DNA from: a virus
Virus record (IMG/VR): IMGVR_UViG_3300025611_000001
Length of the DNA stretch: 14,682 bases
Direction: 5' to 3' (one strand)
The stretch's first letter is position 1. Every line of letters starts with the position of its first letter. Shown here piece by piece: positions 6,276 through 12,406 of this stretch. The notes below the pieces were generated by a model that did not search any database, was not told where the DNA came from, and worked only from the letters and a program-made list of their open reading frames with translations. The translations under genes were made by a program, and so were the position numbers.

Positions 6276-6327
6276 AATTATGTGACCCTAATTATTACAT
6301 ATTGCGTTAGGGTCACAAAACCAACAC
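6276..6327. promoter_or_regulatory. Palindromic element copy 1: AATTATGTGACCCTAAT-N-TTAGGGTCACAAAACCAACAC
   Basis: 10-bp arms GTGACCCTAA (6282-6291) / TTAGGGTCAC (6307-6316) enclose an AT-rich TATA-like spacer (ttattacatattgcg). The shared tail is AAAACCAACAC. A near-identical unit is at 7142-7194. Confidence 0.7.
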
Positions 6328-6507
6328 TGGATCGGAGGCTGCTTTGGTCTTTTCTGGCATTTCAGCCTCACCTCCTATATTTCTTACGATCTCTGTTTTA
6401 TGATGCTCAATATTATCTGTTATGGGATTAAACCAAAAACTATTTTACTTTAGTATCTCTATTATTGTAACAGTTATAAAACAATATCGCGGTTAGAGGG
6501 GAACGAA

Positions 6508-7131
6508 ATGAGGATATTTTTGTGTCTTATTACGCTGGTTTGGCTTTTGCCAGGGCAAGCTTGTGCTTTGGGCGCTCAGAGCGTTGATGTTGGTCCCTAT
6601 GTTGTTAGCTGGGACTTGGGAGAGACGTCAACTTATTGGAGGGAAGATCCTGTTCAGTATAATGACACTTCAGACGGCATCAATTACACTTATTATCAAC
6701 TATACATAGATGATCTGGATGAACATACAGGGTATGCTCATATAGGAATACTGGAGTATGAGCAAGAAAAAACTAGGAATTTTTCTAAACCTGGTGATGA
6801 ATACAACCCCAATCTAGTAAGCACTTTGCTGCGGTCCATAGATGGTAAACAAAGTGTTTTAGTGACCATGCAAGAGACGCTAGATTATGATGTCATAACA
6901 TACTATCAAATAAGCTACATGTTGGATTCTGGTGGATGGATAGACGATGATGGAGAATTCACTGGTGACATTTTATTAGACATGAATGCCACACTAACAG
7001 GGAAAGACTATGTCAAAGTATACAGTAATATGGAGTACCACCAAACCAATAGATTATTGGATACGCTCCACATAGTCAAATCGACCAGTTTAGCAGGGCG
7101 GCCTTCTCCGGGGGCCGGGGGAGATGGATAA
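6508..7131 (+). CDS. Secreted protein of unknown function (N-terminal signal peptide)
   Basis: MRIFLCLITLVWLLPGQACALG is a hydrophobic signal-like N-terminus. GAGGGG SD is present. The body is Y/D/T-rich and visibly AT-rich compared with the head genes. Confidence 0.7.
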   Translation: MRIFLCLITLVWLLPGQACALGAQSVDVGPYVVSWDLGETSTYWREDPVQYNDTSDGINYTYYQLYIDDLDEHTGYAHIGILEYEQEKTRNFSKPGDEYNPNLVSTLLRSIDGKQSVLVTMQETLDYDVITYYQISYMLDSGGWIDDDGEFTGDILLDMNATLTGKDYVKVYSNMEYHQTNRLLDTLHIVKSTSLAGRPSPGAGGDG

Positions 7132-7141
7132 GATCGTCTTT

Positions 7142-7194
7142 TAATTATGCGACCCTAATATAGAATATATCATTTTAGGGTCACAAAACCAACA
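7142..7194. promoter_or_regulatory. Palindromic element copy 2: AATTATGCGACCCTAAT-N-TTAGGGTCACAAAACCAACAC
   Basis: Arms at 7148-7157 / 7174-7183 around atatagaatatatcatt, with the same AAAACCAACAC tail (7184-7194). It is followed by the hairpin CACCGAAA-catt-TTTCGGTG (7192-7211). Confidence 0.7.
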
Positions 7195-7277
7195 CCGAAA
7201 CATTTTTCGGTGATCATGGCAGTCTACCACGTCATAGGAGGTAGATAAAGACGAGAACTAAACCGATTTTCGCCTTG

Positions 7278-7979
7278 ATGTGGCTATTGTCACTGGCCAT
7301 ATTACTCCCAGTATCAAGCGCTTTCCCGCTGACTGGCGGTAATGGTGTTGTGAATGCGACGGTCTATGGAGTTGTCAAGGGTGGCAGTACTCTGTACTTG
7401 GATATGAGTGCTAGTGAGAATGATAGCTATATCGTTGAGTTAATAGACTCTGAGGACAGAGTGTATAGTACCGCCTATGATACAGCATTTGCGGAATATC
7501 GAAGTACATGCTACTTTTACAACGGATCCATTCGGGACACAATATCATTTGTCATACCCGAATCTGTTGAGGTCAAAAAGGTCAAGGTAACACCAAGAAA
7601 TAGCGATCCTTTCCTGATCGAATGGACCGGCGTGCCAGAATCCAGCGGATCTGGTATTACGCTAAAATTCTACGGCGCCACCTACGGGTCTATGGGTGGT
7701 TCGACTAATGTAGGACGCCATCTCTATAAGTGGACGTTTGATATAAAAATCACTAACACTGGGGATGACGTATTATCAATCGAAACTGGAGAATTCATGT
7801 TGAAAGATACTGTTGGATGGATCTACAGTGACCGTGATGGATTTGGTGGTGAAACAAAGAAACTCTTACCAGGCGAGTCGATACGTTTCCCCCTTGAATT
7901 TAACCGCGTTGGAGAGTTCTCCCGGCCTTCTGAGCTGATTTTCAGGGATCTCACGATGAATATCGAGGCTTGGATCTAG
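7278..7979 (+). CDS. Secreted protein with a C-terminal DUF4352-like beta-sandwich region
   Basis: MWLLSLAILLPVSSA is a signal-like N-terminus. ...WTFDIKITNTGDDVLSIETGEFMLKDTVGWIYS....LLPGESIRFPLEF resembles the DUF4352 pattern (v.v.N.g......f.l.d..G..y...l.pGes....l.F). The track start is TTG 7275 and the ATG is at 7278. Confidence 0.65.
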   Translation: MWLLSLAILLPVSSAFPLTGGNGVVNATVYGVVKGGSTLYLDMSASENDSYIVELIDSEDRVYSTAYDTAFAEYRSTCYFYNGSIRDTISFVIPESVEVKKVKVTPRNSDPFLIEWTGVPESSGSGITLKFYGATYGSMGGSTNVGRHLYKWTFDIKITNTGDDVLSIETGEFMLKDTVGWIYSDRDGFGGETKKLLPGESIRFPLEFNRVGEFSRPSELIFRDLTMNIEAWI

Positions 7980-8326
7980 AGGGGTGGGTCGGTTATGCGA
8001 CTTTCCCTAACCTCGGAAGATGCCACCTAAAAGTGTGCAAGCTACCAAGATCAAGGGGGCACGTATTGACAAAGAAATTTGATCAGATCATCTTGGAGCT
8101 GGAGGGGCGAGGGCTAAACCCTCGCCTCGGGGCTTCTCTGAGGGCGGGGTACGTGGTTGATGCGATGATAGGCAACGTGGTGATTCTGGACTCTGGCAAA
8201 GACGACCTCTTCAAGGTCCGAAAGCTGGAGGCTGTCAGCTATAAGGTGGCCGTGGTTCCAGGAGGCAGGCCTTCAGATGAGGAGATCAAGGGGTTTTGTG
8301 ATCAGGTAGAGAGGATGGTGAGATGA
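7970..8326 (+). CDS. Hypothetical protein (start uncertain: TTG 7970, GTG 8033, or TTG 8066 preceded by AAGGGGG)
   Basis: Open frame with a 4-nt ATGA overlap onto the next gene, which suggests translational coupling. No motif recognised. Confidence 0.5.
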   Translation: MDLEGWVGYATFPNLGRCHLKVCKLPRSRGHVLTKKFDQIILELEGRGLNPRLGASLRAGYVVDAMIGNVVILDSGKDDLFKVRKLEAVSYKVAVVPGGRPSDEEIKGFCDQVERMVR

Positions 8327-8745
8327 CCGAAACAGAGAATGTAGTCGGATATGAGGGTATAGACGAGCATGGTTATCATGTGTACATCGGGCTTGTGGAC
8401 GCTGAGCTATTTCAGGAAAACGTAAAATTTGGCGAAGGTATCATGGGTCCGGGATCTCGTACCATGAATCTTGGGCTGGCGTATCGAGGCCGTCCGGTGT
8501 TTAAGGTCATATTAGATTCTAAGATGAGTAACAAATCTGCTGAGGATCATCTTACAAAGTTAATTGGTATTGTTGATAAGCTCTCTTATGTGGATCAGAT
8601 ATTTTCGGTAAACTTGGGTGATACTAGAGGGGTTAGATTAGAGGTGATAGACTCTAATCCTGAGGACGTTTCCAAAGAGGCCATAGACGAGCTTTTGGAT
8701 AAAATATTAGATAATGTTAAGGCCGGTGATCACGGAACGAATTAG
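8323..8745 (+). CDS. Hypothetical acidic protein, 140 aa
   Basis: ATG overlaps the upstream stop (ATGA). A T7 run (8776-8782) lies about 30 nt downstream of the stop. No motif recognised. Confidence 0.55.
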   Translation: MTETENVVGYEGIDEHGYHVYIGLVDAELFQENVKFGEGIMGPGSRTMNLGLAYRGRPVFKVILDSKMSNKSAEDHLTKLIGIVDKLSYVDQIFSVNLGDTRGVRLEVIDSNPEDVSKEAIDELLDKILDNVKAGDHGTN

Positions 8746-9019
8746 CTTGATCGGAGTCGTCACCCTGACCAATTCTTTTTTTATGCGTCTTTTGAAATCG
8801 CTATGCGTAAACCAGCAACGTGCGACCCCCTACCCTTTCAGCGGGAAAAAAAGCTGCTCACCCATGGGTGACGGCGACGAGATTTTAGTATTCCTATAGT
8901 GTACGTTTTTGACGTGTTTACATCCGAGGGGGTCCGGGGGTCCGAGCCGAGGGGGGCCACTTCTGGAATATTGGGCTATGGGAATTTATGGGAAAATGAG
9001 ATGATTACTTCTTAAAATC

Positions 9020-9350
9020 TAATGGCAAGATCATGGGCGGGTGACCAGTCCGCCCGGCCCGCGCGCGGCCATGATAGATCAAGCCATGCAAAGCTGCAGA
9101 CGGGGTTCAATCGTCTGCTGAGGCTGCCGCACCGATCCTACCGACGTTTGGTCATCGGTCGGAGGCACTTTCACCTCTTGTTAGTTAGTCAATCCCGAAG
9201 GATTGCCAAAATAGGATAGCTGCGACCGCCTACTTAAGCCATTTGACAGACAAGATGAACGACGGTCCGCCAGGCGCTTCTTGTGGTGGAATCATGAAGG
9301 CGGACCGTTGGGGGCCGATCTCGGCTTCCCTGAGTCAGTAAGCGGGGCCT
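9020..9350. other. GC-rich, hairpin-dense, ORF-poor segment (candidate structured RNA or cis-acting DNA site)
   Basis: Stems read directly:
- ATCATG (9030-9035) / CATGAT (9070-9075)
- GGGCGG (9035-9040) / CCGCCC (9050-9055)
- GCAGACG (9096-9102) / CGTCTGC (9112-9118)
- CCGAC (9141-9145) / GTCGG (9158-9162)
- GGTCCGCC (9264-9271) / GGCGGACC (9299-9306)
The only ORFs here are short and arginine-rich. Confidence 0.35.
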
Positions 9351-9476
9351 GAGGTCGGATGAATGTAATTCTGCTGAATCTTTAATAAGCGTTTCTGCGA
9401 ATCTACTTCTAAAAATCGTTATAACCGGCGAGAGGGTATATAAGCGATAAGGGTATTCACTTATACAGAAAAAAGC

Positions 9477-9520
9477 GCCCCGAAAGGGGCTCCCGAACTC
9501 CCCGAGAGTGGGGAACTTTT
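9477..9520 (+). promoter_or_regulatory. Two adjacent hairpins plus a T-run in the leader of ORF 9550. The first has a GAAA tetraloop.
   Basis: GCCCC-GAAA-GGGGC (9477-9490) and TCCCC-gagagt-GGGGA (9499-9514) are followed by ACTTTT. A TATA-like GTATATAAG at 9436-9444 lies upstream. The SD GAGGAG and ATG 9550 lie downstream. Confidence 0.45.
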
Positions 9521-9549
9521 GAGGAGATCGGGATTGAGGAGTATTTAAC

Positions 9550-10590
9550 ATGACATCATTAGCGGATGAGGGTAAAAGCCTTTCGGCTTGCGAAACCAGC
9601 AACGGCGACGGCTTCGATTTTGATCAAGAGGCGGGGGATCTTTTTGAGGACGTCGTGAGGAGGGTCTATTACGGGGTTGGTTATGATGGCGAGCTATCTC
9701 TTGTTGGTTCTTCAAGTGATGCTGGAGAGGAACCGGTATCTGATGACCCTGTACGCGACAGTATAAGCCTGATCTTCCAAGAATTGAAGGAACTGCGGGC
9801 GCTGGATGCTGAAAGGGAAGAACGCGCCAAAGCTGAGGCAGAACGCGCGGCGACTAGGATAGGTGATCTGGAGTATGTCGTCGCGAATCAGGACGAGCTG
9901 ATAACTCAGCTTGTCAACTTCATCTACTGGCGAGAGAGTTTAGGCGTGATGTACGACTTTGAGGAGCTATATAACCTATCCCAGTATTACAAAGGCCATC
10001 CTGATGAGTTAGAGGTGAGAGCGAAGCTCGTTCAGAGGTTTGAGGATGGGCTCAAACAGATGAAGCGGGCTAAGTACGATATGGCCCTGAAGGCCCACGT
10101 CCTGGGCTATAAAAAAGATATAGAGCAGATGGATGAGAAGGCCCGCAAACAGCTATTTATGGGTGAATGGCTTCCTGAAGGCTCCTCGATCAATCTTCAG
10201 GCTCGATCTCCTGGGGCGGTTTTTGGTAGGGACGGGCCGATCACCCACGATTCAGTACGACGACGGGATGAGAAAGCAACGAGGGAGAGAGGTCTCGAGA
10301 AACTGAGCAGACCCGACAAGCCCTCGGAGGTTACTGAGGCGAGGTTGAATCAGATCTTCTTAACGCTGGCAACGAAGGAACGTAACGGTGCGGCTGATCC
10401 TACGCTTTCGTTTATCGTGATCAAGAGAGAGTTGGATCTCAAAGATGCAGCTATGACCCGTCTAGGTAAGCAAATAGACCGAGATCCCAGGTTTGAGCGT
10501 TGCGAGTCGTCGAATCCTAGACCGGGATCGCCTGTTCAGCTAGTTAGGTTATCCGAGGAAGGTAGGCGGCAAGCGATGAGACATGATTAA
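9550..10590 (+). CDS. Orphan 346-aa protein: acidic N-terminus, coiled-coil middle, possible C-terminal winged-helix
   Basis: Good SD (GAGGAG) 9 nt upstream of the ATG. The C-terminal segment LSFIVIKRELDLKDAAMTRLGKQIDRDPRFERCES..PVQLVRLSEEG is wHTH-like. It lies next to the ori-like element. Confidence 0.6.
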   Translation: MTSLADEGKSLSACETSNGDGFDFDQEAGDLFEDVVRRVYYGVGYDGELSLVGSSSDAGEEPVSDDPVRDSISLIFQELKELRALDAEREERAKAEAERAATRIGDLEYVVANQDELITQLVNFIYWRESLGVMYDFEELYNLSQYYKGHPDELEVRAKLVQRFEDGLKQMKRAKYDMALKAHVLGYKKDIEQMDEKARKQLFMGEWLPEGSSINLQARSPGAVFGRDGPITHDSVRRRDEKATRERGLEKLSRPDKPSEVTEARLNQIFLTLATKERNGAADPTLSFIVIKRELDLKDAAMTRLGKQIDRDPRFERCESSNPRPGSPVQLVRLSEEGRRQAMRHD

Positions 10591-10627
10591 GCTCATCTCC
10601 AACTTTTTTACGTGAAATGGCTTGATT

Positions 10628-10933
10628 CTAAGGTATCGCCGATACCGATACCTTACGGGGGTTCTGAGGGGGGCCCGGAAAGCCTGATTTTCTCGATAAT
10701 TCTGTTGTACATTTCTGTACGTTGTTGTAATAGTAAAGTATATATATGTATTAGTTATATACCTAGAACACAAGTGGATTAGTATGTATGTAGTAGTAGT
10801 AATACCTACGTAGTAGGTATTAGTACGTACTCAAATCAACTTAACTCTAAATCAAGCTAGTTTTCATAACTCCGATTATCTCCAGATGACCCCCATAACT
10901 CCCCATAAGGTATCGGTATCGGCGATACCTTAG
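10628..10933. repeat. 33-bp inverted repeat (1 mismatch) flanking a 240-bp very AT-rich, repeat-laden core; candidate replication origin
   Basis: Left arm: CTAAGGTATCGCCGATACCGATACCTTACGGGG (10628-10660). Right arm: CCCCATAAGGTATCGGTATCGGCGATACCTTAG (10901-10933). Each arm is itself a hairpin (AAGGTATCG..CGATACCTT). The core holds the AATACCTAC-gta-GTAGGTATT palindrome, GTA/GTAT microrepeats, TCTGT(T)GTAC x2 and AAATCAA x2. Confidence 0.85.
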
Positions 10934-10979
10934 CTCCGAGACCCATCTTCCTAAAATCCTGTAATAGATCGTTCATGGG

Positions 10980-11048
10980 GATCTCCGATCATCCCGTTAT
11001 GTGACTGTATCCTTCATCTCGTCTCTAAGGGTCACATAACCGGAGATC
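10980..11048. promoter_or_regulatory. Third, diverged member of the GTGAC...GGGTCAC palindrome family, nested in an outer inverted repeat
   Basis: Inner arms GTTATGTGAC (10996-11005) / GTCACATAAC (11031-11040). Outer arms GATCTCCG (10980-10987) / CGGAGATC (11041-11048). It shares TTATGTGAC and TAAGGGTCACATAACC with the 6276 and 7142 elements. It lies upstream of the wHTH gene, with TATATATA at 11108-11115. Confidence 0.55.
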
Positions 11049-11179
11049 AGGCGATTCTTTCCTATTTGTCCATAATATCCCTGAAATTTCATATTCCTGT
11101 CCAAAACTATATATACTAGAAGAGATACTTAGAACGTGGGAAAGGGTTAGTTAAAAATCACATCTCGGAGCTGGTAAGA

Positions 11180-11422
11180 ATGGCACCTACTCAAAACGAG
11201 ATTATCCAAATTTTACGGTCCGGTGAGGAGCTGACGTTCCCGGAGATCTACGACCGCATACAGGCGGCGAACTCCAGGACTTCAAGGCTTGCAGCGTCTA
11301 AAGCTCTTTACCGGCTTCACAGAGGGGCTAAGGTATCCTCTCGCCTCTCATCTGTCTCGGGAAGTCCTCTTCTTTATAGGCTGCCCGAGACTGAGCCGTC
11401 TCGGAGTTATCCCGCCCGATGA
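11180..11422 (+). CDS. Small winged-helix (wHTH) DNA-binding protein, 80 aa
   Basis: NEIIQILRSGEELTFPEIYDRIQ....ASKALYRLHRGAKVSS......LLYRL fits an HTH plus beta-wing layout. SD-like GGAGCTGG lies upstream. Confidence 0.6.
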   Translation: MAPTQNEIIQILRSGEELTFPEIYDRIQAANSRTSRLAASKALYRLHRGAKVSSRLSSVSGSPLLYRLPETEPSRSYPAR

Positions 11423-11481
11423 CCCGAGGCGGTCCCCTTTCCCCATCCGGGGCTCGTCCTCTCCGAGCCCCAAAGCCAAAA

Positions 11482-11506
11482 GCGGCCCGTCCCCTTTGCG
11501 GGCCGC
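11482..11506. other. GC hairpin GCGGCCCG-tcccctttg-CGGGCCGC in the spacer upstream of the small terminase gene
   Basis: 8-bp perfect stem read directly. GTCCCCTTT also occurs at 11432-11440. No T-run follows, so it is not a convincing terminator. Confidence 0.5.
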
Positions 11507-11532
11507 GCCATTCCCTCCCAGGGGGTGCCTGA

Positions 11533-11946
11533 GTGAGTAAAGGCGGCCCCGTCGGCGAGGACGAGGAGAGGAAGATCCTCGAGGCTCTGGAGTCGGGGCG
11601 ATCTGTCCGGGACGTGGCGGCGGAGTTTCAGCGGGCCACGGGGACCATATCCAACGTTGCGGCGAGAAATGGACTCGACCTTGAACGTTCAGCAACCAAA
11701 AAGGCGGCGTTGCTCAATTCTTGTTATGCTTCAGAGGCTCGAATCCGGCTTATAGGCCGTGGTCTTGATCGGGTGGATAAACTACTCCGAACCTGCGATA
11801 GTGCAAGAGATCTTCAAGCCCTGGCTATGGCTTCGGCGATCTGGATCGACAAACGACGCCAGGAAGAGACCACCGACCCGACGGGGCGGGGCGGGGAGAT
11901 CCGGGCCCTATTTGACAAGATGAGTGGCGAGGAGGCGAGGCCGTGA
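11533..11946 (+). CDS. terS: Small terminase subunit candidate (N-terminal HTH, helical C-terminal part)
   Basis: ERKILEALESGRSVRDVAAEFQRATGTISNVAARNG is a resolvase/terminase-small-type HTH. It is the first gene of the packaging operon. GTG start has a GGGGGTG SD. The stop overlaps the next start (GTGA). Confidence 0.6.
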   Translation: MSKGGPVGEDEERKILEALESGRSVRDVAAEFQRATGTISNVAARNGLDLERSATKKAALLNSCYASEARIRLIGRGLDRVDKLLRTCDSARDLQALAMASAIWIDKRRQEETTDPTGRGGEIRALFDKMSGEEARP

Positions 11947-12203
11947 AGACCGTCGCCGACATCATCGAGCTGGATGAGCTGGAGATCCGGGCCGACACCG
12001 ATGTCGGTGAATTGAAGAAAAACGTCGCTAGTATCCGGTTTCCGACGTCCACGTTGAAGGTGAGCCGAAAGAGCTTGGGGCCCCATGAGCTGAAGAAAAC
12101 CGTCGCCTGTATCCGATCACCGACGGTGGTGTTGAGAGCAAACCGGGTTAGCTGGAGGTTCTGGTCGACACCGGCGTCGGTGAGCTGGGAGGGGGCCAGA
12201 TGA
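11943..12203 (+). CDS. Small ORF A (86 aa) with three internal copies of a (EL)K(K)TVAxI motif; coding status uncertain
   Basis: 4-nt overlaps at both ends (GTGA with terS, ATGA with ORF B) argue for translation. The W/R-rich C-terminal half looks poorly protein-like. The DNA carries repeats R1-R3. Confidence 0.4.
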   Translation: MKTVADIIELDELEIRADTDVGELKKNVASIRFPTSTLKVSRKSLGPHELKKTVACIRSPTVVLRANRVSWRFWSTPASVSWEGAR

Positions 12204-12406
12204 GGACCGTCGCCGACATCATAGAGCTTGAGGAGATCCTGTCGCGGCCGTGCCCGGTCTGCATTCGCATAATGCAGGGGCTCGAGCTGGAGACGCTGGA
12301 GGACCGTGCTGAAGTTCTCATCGCCGAGCTGCAGACGACGTTAACTCGAATCAAAGAGCTGAAGGCTGAAAGTACAGGCTCGAACCTGAGGAGGCGGAGC
12401 CGGTGA
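12200..12406 (+). CDS. Small ORF B (68 aa), helical, sharing its first ~10 residues with ORF A
   Basis: MRTVADIIELEE in B versus MKTVADIIELDE in A. It contains a CPVC pair and a coiled-coil-like tail. Its stop overlaps the terL start (GTGA). Confidence 0.5.
   Translation: MRTVADIIELEEILSRPCPVCIRIMQGLELETLEDRAEVLIAELQTTLTRIKELKAESTGSNLRRRSR

Noticed and set aside
8714-8899. ORF 8714-8899 (+), 61 aa
   Set aside because: It starts inside the preceding gene, crosses a T-run and a palindrome, and has no SD.
8925-8958. G-runs (G5, G5, G6) resembling a G-quadruplex, with a similar GGGGGT..GAGGGGGGCC string at 10657-10675
   Set aside because: There are only three G-tracts at the first site and two at the second. 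That is too few for a canonical four-tract quadruplex, and the similarity is too short to call a repeat.
9096-9118. Hairpin with a GGTTCAAT loop resembling a tRNA T-arm
   Set aside because: The stem is 7 bp with a 9-nt loop, and no acceptor, D or anticodon arms can be drawn around it. It is not a tRNA or a tRNA-derived att site, and no integrase is present.
9022-9602. ORFs 9022-9219 (+) and 9234-9602 (-) in the non-coding block
   Set aside because: Both are arginine/serine-rich with no ribosome-binding context. The second overlaps the start and leader of the well-supported 9550 gene. I treated the region as non-coding.
10549-10773. ORF 10549-10773 (-)
   Set aside because: It lies across the left origin-like arm and the AT-rich core, and its Y/T/N-rich low-complexity translation reflects the microrepeats.
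11289-11695. ORFs 11289-11540 (+) and 11348-11695 (-)
   Set aside because: P/R/S/G-rich frames across the GC-rich spacer that overlap the wHTH and terS genes. They look like compositional artefacts.
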